64,000 bases of DNA from Eledone cirrhosa (GCA_964016885.1 OZ024740.1:299708001-299772000), one strand, 5' to 3'. Counted from the first letter of the stretch, positions 1 to 13,492 are shown. Program-made: numbers and translations. The notes: a model not told the origin generated them from the letters alone.

Positions 1-512
1 GTCAGCAATGCTCGGACACTGGGCGAGTGCGTGCAGGACGGTTTCGTCGCCCTGCGCGCATCTCGGAAATGTGCAGCTGACGGCACCTCCATGCCCGTAG
101 AGTTTATCCCGAACTGGCAAAGGTCCTCGGTAGCACTGCCATGCCAGGGATTTCTGGAAGTTGTCCATAGGCCCCGGCCCGAAAGTTATTCCGAAGAGAT
201 TGGTTAGATGATTTCCTTCGACGCCTAGAGTTTCCCCAAGTACGTCGTCGCTCTTCCCCTCCACTAATCCGCTATAGAACGCTAAGGTGGAGTTTCCACC
301 GATCACATTGTCCGATTGATCGAGTGCCGTGAGCGCTTAAAACATTCCAATCTCCAAGCGCTGCCTCTAGGTCTTCGCTTGACCCAGGACTGCAGCTCCG
401 TCAAGGAGAAGAGCTGGGGAAAGACGCGTCTAGCAAACTGCGACCACACCTGATTATCATTGAGGAAGAGGTGGAGATGTCGTAGCCAGAGCGCGTGACT
501 GCGCATCATCAA

Positions 513-1661
513 TCACGGCATGCCCAGCCCTCCACGTAGGGGGTTTTGACAGCAGATGGACCGCCTGACCATCGGAGCGCGTCCCTTCCACAAAAAGCGA
601 AAGAGCAAACGCTCCTGCGCAGTCAGGTGGCGCTTAGGACAAGGTACGACGGTCAGGCGGCTGTAGATGACGGACGCGATGTGCGCGTCAGCCACTTCGG
701 CACGATCTTTCAGGGATAGCTTCCTCTCCGCCCATTTCTCGGTGAGAGAAGCCACCCTGCTCGTCACCTCGTCCCAGTTTTTGTCCGTCTTGAGGTCCGG
801 ACCGAACCAGACCCCTAGCAATTTAACCGGTCCGTCCCTCCGGCGCCCGACGACGCTGTTGGACGGCATGGACGTGCCTCTCCATGTGCCGAGCTGCAGG
901 CCCACTGACTTTTCTTGTTTGATCATTGCTCCTCTCACCGCTTCGTATTCTCTTAGTGTAGTGCCGATCGCCTCGATGTGTTTGTCGTTCGACATCACTA
1001 CGGTTACATAGTCCGCATATGCTGACACAGATGTTCCGTATCCTAGTTCGCGCGGGACCCCCTTCAACGTCTCCAGTTTGTGCAGTAATGGCGCGAGAGT
1101 CAATACGTACAAGCGGGACGAGAGGGGACATACTTGGCGAATCGAGTGCATGATGTTCAAAGGTTCCGAAAGGTGACCGTTCACTCTCCCCACAGAGCAG
1201 ATGTCGCTGTGCATGGCAGCGATCCAGCCTCTGAAGACGGGCCCAAAGCCAGTCGCCCTCAGGACTGCCGCTAGGTAACGATGGTCGACCCCATCGAAAG
1301 ATTTCGACTGATCTAAATTGATCAAGGACCCACCCGTGCCAGGTTCCCTAGCTACCCTCTCCACGATGTATCGCCTGAGGTGGAGGTTGTCGTGGATAGA
1401 TATGTCGGGAATGGCGCATGTCTGCGCCTCTCCTGCCAGACCACCAACGACAAGCGTCAACCTCTTTACTAGCACCTTGGCCAAAATCTTGAACTCTGTG
1501 TTTAGCAGAGTTATGGGCCTGAAATCATATATGTTATCCCTCTTCTTCGGATCCTTTTTCAACAGCGCCACCGCTCCTCGGCTCACAGAGCTGGGAATGC
1601 TCCCGTTCTGTTGCCAGTTGCAGTAGACGTCCACCAAGAGGCCTCCGAACAAGTCTAGCAT
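513..1661 (-). pseudogene. reverse transcriptase fragment of Tx1-type ORF2
   Basis: 382 aa ORF with non-LTR RT motifs; catalytic YADD is mutated to YADY. Confidence 0.85.
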
Positions 1662-3376
1662 CTGTACGTAAAGTTCTTAGGGCAACCATCCAAAGCAGCC
1701 GGTTTACCCCTTGTACAGCCACTCATTGCCTCCCGTACTTCAGCGGTTGTTATCGGCTTTCCGCAACACTCCGCCACAGTGGCTGAGAGCCGCGGTAGTC
1801 CGTTGAGGTAGGCACTAAAATCCGTCCCTCGATCCCACCCGCCGCTGCCCCCGAACAGCTGAGCGAAGTGTCGCTGAAAAGCTTCACACATTTGCCCGGG
1901 ATATAGTAGCATGCGCCCGTCGTGGTCCACCAAAGACCGGATCGTGGCTTTGTTGCCACGACGCGCCTCCGCAACTCGGGCCCATTGAACGGCTTTCGTC
2001 CACTCGGGCCCATTGAACGGCTTTCGTCCACACGTGTCTGAGAGCACACACCCTATCTCTGACAACACAGCCTTCGTGCTTTGCATTGAAGAATTGGTCA
2101 AGTGTTAATTTCGCCGCAAGTACGGCGGTCGCGATGCCTTTGCTAAGCGCCTCGTCTAATTTTCTAACTAGTTCTCCCTCTGCTCTATTTTTCTCTATAG
2201 CTAAATCCTTACTAAACCTAATGGACTCTATTCTAATCGCTCTTTTCAGAGCAAACCACCACTTGCTGTTGACGATGGCCCCCGTCAACGCCCGCTTAAC
2301 TAGTTCGCTAATCCGGTCATGTAGGGCTTGCGCGCTGGTAAGGTCCTTGTCTATGGAGCCTATCTAAGACAATCACACAGATCAGGAATGTATGGTCCGT
2401 GTAGCTGACTATCTTGAATTGTGGACAGCCTATGCTAGACCTATCTATTTCCCTACAAAATACTCTATCTAGATATGATCTGGATGACCCGATACGGTTT
2501 GTCCAAGTCCACATTGGCACATTCGGGAAATTCAATCGGTACCTGTCAGACAGTTCAAAACGCCTGAGCAAGTTGGTGAGGCTCTTGCACCCTCCTCCCC
2601 TATCCGCTAATCCCACACAGTCCCAGCGTGCATTTAAGATCCCGTTCCAGTCGCCCACTAACACTAAAGAGCGGGACGGTCCAAGAAAGGTCTCCAGACG
2701 CCGGAAGAAATCAGGCGGCCCTGCTCCTTTCGGGGCTTGGACGGCTACTAGCCTGAAAGCTTACCCGTCTCCGCTGGTCACGTCCAGCACCACCAACATA
2801 CCTTCTGGGTCCAGGAAGATGGCCCATATTTCGAGATCCAAACCTCTCAGAAAAAGCACAGCAACCCCACCTCCCCCGATCCCGGTCGGCTGGTAGATGC
2901 ATACACGTCGCAGTTCCGAAGTTCGGTACGAAGGCCCGTGCTTCTGAGATTCTGGTCTCGCTGATGGCCACTACATCTATGTTTAGTGACCTGAGGTGGT
3001 TGAGCTGGTGGCCCTGCTTCCACGACGACCGCAAGCCAAGCGCATTTATGCTGCCTATTCTGAGTGAGGTCATGTTGAAAAGGAGTGGAAAAGATGGGAA
3101 AGACCACTTACCTTACTTCTCGTAGAGGAAGGATGGTCTCTCCACCCTTTTCACTGCTTGTGGCCTCCCCCGGAAGGATGTCCTTATAAATCCTTCTGGA
3201 GAGTGCTTGTCGGAAGTCTCCGATGTCTTTGGGGAATTTTTGTTTTAGTGTGTGTAATGCGAGTGATTTTTATTTGTGGAGATGGTGTGAACTTTTGGGG
3301 TGTTGTGTAGTCTTTTTCTGGGATGCTGGTGTTGTGTTGGATGTAGTGTAATAATTGGTTGTTGTTCAAATTTAAT

Positions 3377-3748
3377 TGTTTCTACTTTAGACACAAGGCC
3401 AGCAATTACACAGTGCATTACTGGTACTTTATTTTATCGAGCCCGTAAGAATGAAAGGCAAAGTCAACCTCGGCGGGATTTGAACTCAGATCGTAAAGGG
3501 ACGTAACTATGCTGGAAAGCATGGCGTCCGACCCTCTACCGATACTGCCAATCAAATTTAATTGTTTCTACTTTAGGCACAAGGCCAGCAATTACCCAGT
3601 GCATTACTGGTACTTTATTTTATCGACCCCGTAAGGATGAAAGGCAAAGTCAACCTCGGCTGGATTTGAACTCAGATCGTAAAGGGACGTAACTATGCTG
3701 GAAAGCATGGCGTCCGACCCTCTACCGATACTGCCAATCCACTGCCAA
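3377..3748 (-). mobile_element. two tandem tRNA-derived SINEs inserted in Tx1 ORF1
   Basis: Minus strand has A box TGGCAGTATCGG, B box GAGTTCAAATCC and body GACTTTGCCTTTCATCC...GTCGATAAAATAAAGTACCAG; copies at 3377-3551 and 3563-3748; TCAAATTTAAT on both flanks and between them. Confidence 0.9.
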
Positions 3749-4344
3749 TCAAATTTAATGCTGTGCAGTGTGTATCGTTTTGGTTGTCTTGTTTTGTTTG
3801 TGTTTGTTGTGGGTTTGTTTCTGTTTCGCTTTTTGGTGACTTTTGTGGTGTTGGTGATGGTGTTGGGGTTAATGATGGTGATGGTGTTGGTGTTTGTAGT
3901 GATGGGGTTGGTGATGCTCGTGTGGATGGTGGCATAGCTCTCCTAACTTTTTTGTTTGTCAGTTTAATCGTTTCCCCCTCTATTTTCTTTTTTGGAGGGG
4001 GAAGGAAGTGGATTTTTATCTTTTTGGGGCTCTTTTTCTTTTTTCCTGATACAGTTTCCCACTCCTCGTCGTTACAATCCGTCTCCAGTTGCGATAGGTC
4101 GGGGAGTGGAAAATCATCCACAGGCGTTGATTTTGGTTGTGGTGTGGTGAATGGTGGAGGCGTTGGTTCTAATTATCGCACGGTGGGTGGTGGTTGTGTT
4201 GGTTTTGCTACTGTTGCTGGGGTTGTTGGTGCTAAAGTTTCTAATGGTTCAAACCTTCTCATCACTTCGGAGCTGGAGACCTCCCATAACCGGAATACTC
4301 CTACTGTTGGCCCTCCATGCTCACCACCAGGAAATCCCCCCCCC

Positions 4345-7300
4345 CCCCAAAAAAAAGAGAGAAAAATGGTCAAGGGAAGACAATAATGATGTCCTTGAGG
4401 CTTTCTACACTGCCATGTACTACCCATCAAATAGATCGAATACAGAACAGACATATATCAACTGGAAAAAGGAACATCCCGAAAACAGAAGCTATATTGA
4501 CAGTAACAAACTAGCCAATATACGAAGAAATATTGTTAAAAAAAGTTACAAACTGATATAGAAATTGATCAGATCAAGCTATTAGCACAAAGTCAGCAAA
4601 GGGAAAATGAATCATGTGTCAGTGAAAACGAGGTAAATTGTAACACTTCGAATCCCAGGGTTGGGGCGGAATCACTGACAACAAAAGAAATTAAAGAAAG
4701 GATCGAAAAAGAAGATGAAACTCAAAATGAAAACAATGAGATCGTAAATTATAGAAATGAATGAGAATGAACTTGCCAACTTGAAGGATGAAATTATGAT
4801 CGAATGGATGAAAATGAAAAAATCTGACATGGGGGAACGAGACACTCTCCCTAAGATCCAGAACTCCAAACAGAACCAAAAGATAATACACAAGACTAAC
4901 ATAATTCTCAAAAACATTATCATCACAAACAAACGAAACATTACTGATATAAATCATCTCTATTATGCATCGGCTAAAGTCACCACTCACTTAGGTGGAG
5001 TGAAAATTAAAAAACAAAGGAATTCCCACAAGAAATCTATTTGGCAAGAGAACATCAATCGCCAAATAAACCTTCTCCGATCTGACATAGAAATTTTAAC
5101 AAACTACAAAGTAGGTGAACATGTTAAACAAACTAAACTTAGAAAATTGAAAAGAAAATACAGCATAAAAACAACAAGTGACATAGACATGCTGATAGAA
5201 ATAATCAAGCAAAAAGTGTCAACCAAAGCTGCTCGTATAAGGCGCTTTGAAAAACGATCTAGCTTCTATAAGGACAATAATATGTTCAAAAACAACCAAA
5301 GAAACTTCTACAGAAAAATTGGCAAGTCAACAATAACTGCTAAATCAATACCACCCAAGGAGGAAGTGCAAGACTTCTGGGAAAAGATCTGGGCCGAAGA
5401 AAAAGTTCATAATATACATGCCCCATGGATAGACAGACAAATGAAAGATACAGCTCACCTTGAGGAACACATATGGGAAAGTATAACAGTTGAACAGATG
5501 CGTTTGGCTCTTAGAAAAGCGAGCAAATGGAAATCCCCAGGAAAAGGCAAAATACCAAATTTTTGGATAAATGCCTTGACAGAGTCTCATAAGCTGTTAG
5601 CCCAACTTTACAATGAAATAGTTAAGGAGCAGAAAAGATACCATCATGGCTAGTTAAGCGCATTACATTCCTGCTTCCGAAGAATCATGAAACAAACAAT
5701 ACCAAAAATTACAGACCGATAACTTGCTTGACCACATTGTATAAAATTTTAACATCAGTCCTAACTGAATATACATATGACCACCTGATAACAAATGATC
5801 TATTTCCCAATGAACAGAAAGGGTGTAAACGAGGCTCATATGGCTGTAAGGATCAGCTTTTGGTTAACAAAATGATACTGGAAGATTGTCATAATAGACA
5901 CAAAAATCTATCAATTGTTTGGATAGATTATAAAAAAGCATTAGATAATTTGCCACACAGTTGGATTGAAAAGTATTGAGAGATTTTCAAAATATCTCCT
6001 GTTGTCAGGAGGTTCCTGTCATTCAGTATGAAGACATGGAAAACGACACTCCTTTTGAATAGTGAAAAAAAATAACTGGAAGCTGGAGAGGTTAATATAA
6101 ATTGTGAAATTTGTCAGGGTAATCCTTTATCACCGCTTTTATTCTGCATCGCACGTATACCATTAAGTAAAATGCTCAATGAAACAAAACATGGATATAA
6201 TGTCTATGACAAAACCATTAATCACTTGTTCTACATGGATGACATGAAACTATTTGCAAAAAATGATGAACAATTGCAAGGGCTATTATCCAGTGTGGAG
6301 CAGTTCAGTAATGACATTAAAATGGAGTTTGGACTAGATAAATGCGCCAAAGAAAGCTCACCAGAGGAAAGCTGCTGAAAGGTTCAGACATTAATCTTGA
6401 TCGGGGGAATGTGATAAGAGAACTTGGTCAAGAGGAAACTTACAAATATCTAGGTGTTTGTGAAGGAGACGGAATCAAGCACTCGACAATGAGGGAAAGG
6501 ATAAGGAAGGAATGTTACCGCAGAGTAAGAGCAATCTTAAGAACGGAATTGAATGCAAGGAATAGGATTGAGGCCATAAACACGCTTGCCATACCAGTAG
6601 TAACCTACAGTTACAATGTCATCAACTGGTCAAACACAGAGATTCGTAGGCTCGATACAAAAATTAGAAAATTCTTAACCATGCACAGAATGCATCACCC
6701 TAAGGCAGATACAGATGGAAATATATCACCCTAGGAAAGAAGGAGGACGTGGGTTAATCTAGTTAGATATTGCGTTGAAAACTGCAATAATTGGATTGTC
6801 TACATATCTAAGGGAATCACATGATTGGATGATCAAACTCGTTTTGAAACACGAAAGCATCAATAGATCATACTCCATTACAAAAGATGCACAAAGATAC
6901 AGTAATGGACTACACATTTCAGAAGTCCCATTTATTGCTGAAATGGAAAACACAGAAAAAGCAAAGCAGGTAAAAGTAACTGCAAAGAAAGAACTGCTAC
7001 AGGAACTGGCTAAGAAATGGCAAGAAAAGCCTCTGTATGGAAAAGACCCAGAAAGAGCTAACAATCCTGATGTTGACAACATTTTAACCCATCAGTAGTT
7101 GGCATCCTCTGGACTGAAATCGGAGTCTGAAGGACTGATTATATCAGCACAAGATCAGTGTCTGCCAACAAAAATTACCAAGCCTACATAATAAAAAATG
7201 GATGCAACTCATTATGCCATGTATGTAAAAAACAACCAGAGACCATTGATCATATAATTTCAATGTGCAGTCCTATAGCTCCAACCGAATACCTAAACAG

Positions 7301-7398
7301 GCATGATAGAGCTGCACAATACATACATTGGATAATGTGTAAGCATTTGACCTGCCCCATCAAAAGAATTGGTGGGAGCATCAACCACCATTGTTGAA
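4345..7398 (+). mobile_element. R4/Dong-clade non-LTR retrotransposon (decayed; RLE end absent here)
   Basis: N-terminal KREKWSREDN...FY, WKSPGKGKIPNFW, EQKGCKRGSYGCKDQL, WIDYKKA, NHLFYMDDMKLF, YKYLG, CHVC...ETIDHIISMC; split by stops and frameshifts. Confidence 0.9.
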
Positions 7399-10300
7399 TA
7401 TCTGGAGATGCCGCAGCCTCAGCACGTGCCTGCGCATCATTAGCTACAGCATGCCCATCCCTCCACGTAGAGAGTGCTGGCAGCAGATGGACCGCCTCAC
7501 CAGCGGAACCTGACCCTCCACAAGAATTTGAAGAGGAGCCGCTCCAAGATGGCGAGGCGCGAACGGGGGCACGGGACGACGGTCACACGGTAATAGATGA
7601 CGGACGCGATGTACGCCTTCGCCACCTCCGCCCGACCTTTCAGTGATAGCTTCATCCCAGCCCATTTCTGGGTGAGACTGGCTATACTGCCCGTCACCTC
7701 GCCCCAATTCTTAACCACCTGGAGGTCTGGCCCGAACCAACACCCTAGCAACTTTACCGGCCCGTCCGTCCAGCGCCTAACGACGCTGTTGGACGGCATG
7801 GACTTGCCTCTCCAGGTGCCGAGTTGCAAGCCCACCAACTTCTCCGGGTTAAGTTTTGCTCCCGTCAACCTTTCATATTCCTCCAATAAGTTGCCGACCA
7901 CCTCGATTTCTGAGGTGTCCGACACCATCACGGTAATGTCTTCCGTATAAGCCGACACAGCCTTTCCGCGTCCCGGTTCGAGCGGGATGCCCTGCAACAG
8001 CTCCAGCTTCCGCAGTAAAGGCTCGAGAGTCAATACGTACAGAAGAGAGGAGAGAGGGCACTCTTGACGGACTGATCGGGAGACCTGAAACGGTTCCGAG
8101 TGGTGGCCATTAATTTTGACCACCGAGCAGGTGCCGCTGTGCATTGCAGCAATACAGCTTCTGAAGACGGGGCCGAAGCCAGCCTCATTGAGGAAAGCCT
8201 CCAGGTACTGATGGTAGACTCTATCGAATGCTTTCGATTGATCTAAATTGATCAGAGCCCCACCGAAGCCAGGTTTACACCCTACCCTCTCTATGATGAA
8301 TCGTGGTCTTATTACCACGCTGCGTATCTGCCACACGTGCCCATCGAACAGCTTTGGTTCCCTCGTTTCTCAGAGCACGCGCCTTAGCTCTGACAATGCA
8401 ACCTTCGCATTGAAGAAATGGTCTAATGACATTCTCGCCGCTAGCATGTCAGTTGCAATGCCACTACCAATAGCCTCGTCTAACTTATCTACCTACTCCC
8501 CCTCCTTTCTATTTTTCTCTAACGCTACTTCTTTGCTAAACTCTATCGACATTACTCTAGTCTCTCTTTTGAGAGCCCCCACCATCTATTGTTGACGACT
8601 CCCCCTGTCAACTTTTTCTTAACTAAATTGTTGACCTGGTCCGTGTAAGCCTTACGTGCCGGAAATGACATGTTTAGCTTCCAGTAACCAGGTCCTAACC
8701 TACGCGTCTTATCTACGTCGACCATACAGATCATAAACTTGTGATCTGAATAGGCGACCGTTTTAAAACGTGGACAGCTTACACTATTTCTGTCTATTTT
8801 CCTAATGAATATCCTGTCTATATACGATCTAGATGACCCTATGCGGTTAGCCCAGGTCCACACTGGCGCATTAGGGAAATCTAGTCGGTACCTGTCAGAC
8901 AGTTGGAACTGGCTGATCAGGATCTTGAGGTTTTGCACCCCCCGCTCCTATCGGATACTCCCACACAGTCCCAGCGTGCGTCTAAGATGCCGTTCCAGTC
9001 CCCCGCTAACAGTAAAGGGCGAGACGTACCCAGAAAGGCTTCCAGGTGTCTAAAGAAGTCCGGCCGTCCTACCCCAGTAGGAGCATAGACGGCCACCAGT
9101 CTAAAGGCACCACCTTCGTTATTGTTCACGTCCAGGACTACCAACTTCCCGTCCGGGTCCCGGAAGATCCACCTGACCTCGAGATCCAGGCCTTTCCTAA
9201 ACAGCACTGCCACCCATTCCCGGCCGGCTAACAGATGCAAAGATCTGATAGTCGTCGAAAATGGGGGCTAGTGCGCGCGTGTCGGAAATCCTGGTCTCGC
9301 TGACGGCAATTACATCCATTTCTATAGACCTGAGGTCGTCGAGCAGGTGACCCTGCTTCCAGGACGATCCCAGGCCTCGAACATTTAAACATCCTACTCT
9401 TAATACGGCTATGTTGGCAGGTTAAAAAGAGAGAGGGGAAAGTTTACTTACCTTCCGGGTTCTTGTGAAGGTCGGGTTGTTCGACCTCCATAGTTGGTGG
9501 GGTTTCTTGAAGTGGATTTTACGTTCGGGGTTCCCACGTCCCGAGGAAAGCTGTCTCGTATTTCTTTGAATATATCGAGCGACATTCGCACCAGAACCAA
9601 CTCTTCCGGCACGCGAAATGTGCACGATTTAAAAATTTCCCCCTCTTTTTGTATATTTTCATTTCGTGCTACGAGGGCCATCAGTTCCTTGTTGACCCTT
9701 CTGACGAGCACGAAGTTTTGTATGTTTTGTTGGTGTGATTTTATTTGATTGCGTGGCTGTGGTGGTGATGGTTTTTGTGGTTTTTGTGGTTTGACAGCTT
9801 TCCTCGTTTCCCCCCTGGGTGGTCAATGTTAGGGGTGGTCTTTCTATTGGCGTTGTTGTTGCTGGTTTTGCCGGTGCTGGTGTTGGTTGTGGTCCTCCCC
9901 CCAGCGCCGGCAGCAGTGGAGCCTTTCGACCCCTTGCCTCTTTCAGCAGTTGAGGGTAGAAGGCTCGCAAATGGGTTTTTTCCCCACAAACAAAATACTG
10001 CGGCCTTTTGCCTTCGGTCATAATGTGAATGACCGTCCCATTCTGAAGGCGGATGTGGTCCGGGATTGTCTTCACATTCTCGGGCCTGATCTGGAGAAGG
10101 ATCTCCAGGTCAACCCCGGACCAGTCCTCTCTGGCCGTTCTGTTCACTTCTATATGGACGGTATCCGTCCCCTCCACAATCACACATCCCAGAAGCCACT
10201 ACATCTCAAGTCCTGGTGGGATTCTGGGAATGCGGAGACGGGCCGTTCTTTTTCCCATGTGGGAGGGGTACATTATGACCTTACTGGTTTTGCAAGGAGT

Positions 10301-11177
10301 CATAGCGTGTTTCAAAGCGAGGGCTTCTGACTTGAACAACACCGAAATGGTGCCGTAGTGTCTGCCCCTCTCTATGTCTCCGGTGTCTTCTCTGATGCAC
10401 CTCAGCGCGACTTCAAAATCTTCTTGTGGGATTAAAGCTGACCTTTTGGTTTGTGCTGAGATGCATCTATAATGCACCGTTCTGCGCTCCACTGCCTGGG
10501 TCAACTGTTCATCTTTGTTTGAGAGCTCCATGTTGAAGCATGGCCTCTTTTTTGCTGCTGCCGCAGCGAAAGTAATCTTCTTGTTTTCGTTGGGGTTGTC
10601 GTTGTTGTTGTTCTTGTTGGTGTTGTTGTTAGCACTGTCGCTGTTATCATTGTTGTCTTTGTTGCTACCGTTGTTATCGGTGCAGTTGGTATTGTTGGTG
10701 TTGGAGTTGTCACTATATGTTTTCATGTTAGTGGTGTTGATATTGTTGTTGCATTTTTTTTTTTTTTTTGTTAACTGTATTTTCGTTGTCCCTGTTACTG
10801 TCATTTTTTTTCAAAATTAGAGTTTTCATTGGTATAATGTGTGTCTTTGTTTACATTATTTGTGGTGGTATTTGTGTTATCAATTTGTGTTAATTTCGCT
10901 GTAGCGCTCCTCTCAACTTCTACGTCGTTGTCGCTCGACAGCCGACATATCGCTGGGGGGCGTGGCTCAGCCATGTTTTTTTTTTCCGTAAATTTTTTAA
11001 CATGTAAAACAGTTAAAATATTTGGGCCAAAAGGCCCAAATATTATACTTTCCCCTTCACAGGGCAAAGTCTAAGGGCTTATATCCCTTACACAACAAGA
11101 AATATTTAACAACAAATAATTTTAACAGGCAAATAAAGCGACTTACTGGGAGCGAGCAAAATACGTCCGCTTAGATC
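7399..11177 (-). mobile_element. Tx1/L1-clade LINE copy 2 (5' end present, 3' end lost, internal deletion near 8305)
   Basis: 5' UTR starting GATCTAAGCGGACGT; ORF1 from ATG 10974 to TAA 9448 with N/T-rich tract and degenerate zinc knuckle (YFVCGEKTHLRAFYP); APE 8550-9410; RT 7497-8336 (LDQSKAFDRV, AYTEDI). Confidence 0.9.
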
Positions 11178-11190
11178 AATAATAATAATG

Positions 11191-11220
<30 letters not shown>

Positions 11221-11224
<4 letters not shown>

Positions 11225-11700
11225 GAAAAATAGATGCAAATAGACCTGATATAATATTGAAGGACTTTAAAAAGAGGGTATGCCTGCTAATTGATATGTC
11301 TGTTCCAATAGACAAGAATGTATCTATAAAAACATTTGAAAAATTGACCAAGTATAAGGACCTGGAGATAGAAATTGGAAAAATGTGGAAATTGAGAACT
11401 AAAACAACACCAGTGGTTGTAGGCGCTCTGGGAATGATACCTAAGTGGTCTAATGATTACTTATCGCAAATCCCAGGAAACCCGAGTATAGGAGAAATAC
11501 AAAAGATAGTACTAATGGGAACTGCCCATATACTAAGGAAGATTCTGTCAATATGAGTACATCACAAGTCTAAACACTAAAGATGCATGTGTGAGTATGT
11601 ATGTTCTTTCTTGAACATGGCGGACCTTGTTATCTCTTGAGGTCACTGGTTGTGACTTGGTGATAACTCGTATGAACATAAAGCAAGATAAATGCAACTG
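11221..11700 (+). mobile_element. 3' fragment (RLE domain and 3' UTR) of R4/Dong-type element
   Basis: RKIDANRPDIIL...LIDMSVP...EKLTKYKDL...PVVVGALG...IQKIVLMGTAHILRKIL, a PD-(D/E)xK restriction-like endonuclease; (TAA)n on both flanks. Confidence 0.88.
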
Positions 11701-11720
11701 TAATAATAATAATAATAATA

Positions 11721-13161
11721 TGTATGCAATTTGGTATTAGTAAGTGTGGAGTCCTTGTGATGAAGAGGGGTAAATTGAGCAGAAGCAACGGAATGCAGGT
11801 ACCAACAGGTGAGATCATAAAGGAAATTGACACTGAAGAAGGATACAAGTATTTGGGTTTTCTTGAGTCTGATGACATCAAGAACAAAAAAATGAAGGAA
11901 TTGATTAGATCTGAATACATTCGGAGAGTAAGGAGCGTATTAAAGTCACATCTGAACAGTAGGAATGCGATAAGTGCAGTAAATTCCCGAGCTGTGTCTA
12001 TTATTAGGTACAGCGCGGGAATTCTGCGATGGAATGTTGCTGAACAAAAAGAAATGGATAAGAAGACTAGGAAGCTATTGACTATCTACAATATGTTCCA
12101 CAAGAGGAGTGGTGTCGATAGACTCTACTTAAGGAGATCTGAAGATGGACACGGTCTTATCAGCATAGAGGATTGTGTTCAGATGGAGAAAAACAACCTA
12201 CACAAATACGTGACTGATAGTAAGGAGCCAATGCCCAGAATTGACTGAAGGAGAGGACAATAGACCACGGGATGTCCAAGGAGGAAATAACAACAAGGAG
12301 AAAGAGCAGCCTTCATGAAAAATCCCTTCATAGTACTTTCTTTGAGAAAACTGAATTCAGAGATCCGCAGACATGGAACTGTTTGAAAAGAGGAGACCTT
12401 AAAAAGGCTACAGAAGGAACGTTAATGGCTGCGCAAGAGCAGGCCCTCAAAACGAAGTGGTTGAAACACCATATTTACAAGTAGGAGGCTAGCCCACTGT
12501 GCAGGATCTGTAGAGAGAGAGAGAGAGAGAGAGGAGACTGTGGCTCACATTGTATCCGAGTGTAAACACCTAGCCCAGACTCACTATAAAGGCTGGAGAC
12601 ATGATGTGATGGGCAGGGTGATCCACTGGCACCTATGCAAAGTAAACAATTTACCACATTCTGAGAAGTGGTTTGAGCATAAGCCAGAGTCGTTGATAGA
12701 AAACAATCAGGTAAAGGTGCTGTGCGATTTTAGGATACAGACGGACAAGAAACTGGAACACAATAGACCTGACCTGGTGGTTTTAGACAAAGAAGAAAGA
12801 TCGTGCCTTATTGTCTATGTAGCCTGCCTATTTGACATGAGAGTGCAAGAGAAGAAGAGGGAGAAAATTAACCGATACCAGGACTTAAAGTGGGAGGTAA
12901 AAAGGATTTGGAACTGCCATGAAGTCAAAGTGGTCCCGATTGTCATAGGTGCACTAGGTACTATCTGAAAAAGTTTCCAGGGATGGTTACAGAAAATTGT
13001 CACCGCCCCGCTTTTTGGAACGCTTCAAAAGGCAGCTTGCTGGGAACAGCAAGAACCCTCCGATACGTCCTGAATATCTGAAGCTGCTGGTAGCGGCTTG
13101 ATATTCATTTCAACAAACTTTCCAGTTAAATAACATCAATGACTGAGACTCAAAAACAACG
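11721..13161 (+). mobile_element. 5'-truncated R4/Dong-type element, second family
   Basis: MQFGISKC, YKYLG, AAQEQAL, HIVSECKHLAQ, NRPDLVVLD, PIVIGALG; ends in (TAA)n. Confidence 0.88.
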
Positions 13162-13175
13162 ATAATAATAATAAT

Positions 13176-13362
13176 AATTGTTTCTACTTTAGGCACAAGG
13201 CCAGCAAATTACCAGTGCATTACTGGTACTTTATTTTATCGACCCGGTACGGATGAAAGGCAAAGTCAACCTCGGCGGGATTTGAACTCAGATCGTAAAG
13301 GGACGTAACTATGCTGGAAAGCATGTCGTCCGACCCTCTACCGATACTACCAACCCACAGCC
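13176..13362 (-). mobile_element. tRNA-derived SINE (same family as 3377-3748)
   Basis: Near-identical to the 3563-3748 copy; lies within a (TAA)n tract. Confidence 0.9.
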
Positions 13363-13363
13363 A

Positions 13364-13390
13364 TTATAATAATAATAATAATAAGAAGAA

Positions 13391-13423
<33 letters not shown>

Positions 13424-13492
13424 GAAGAAGAAGAAGGAGAATAAGAATAAGAAGAAGAAGGAGAAGAAGAATATGAAGAAGAAGGAGAATAT
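13364..13492. repeat. (TAA)n/(GAA)n compound microsatellite
   Basis: Directly visible. Confidence 0.9.

Larger units (their letters stand above)
1..4335 (-). mobile_element. Tx1/L1-clade LINE copy 1 (decayed; lacks 5' half of ORF1; runs off window at 3' end)
   Basis: APE endonuclease fragments (MTSLRIGSINALGL, VVAISETR, LVGDWNGIL, SYLDRVF) at 2317-3073; RT 513-1661 (FRPITLLNTEFKIL, LDQSKSFD, SAYADYV); CCHC-like PRCAQGDETVLHALAQC at 1-70; P/T/K-rich ORF1 tail 3110-4330; several frameshifts and stops. Confidence 0.9.

Noticed and set aside
1974-2029. 28 bp tandem duplication in Tx1 ORF2
   Set aside because: Ordinary frameshifting decay
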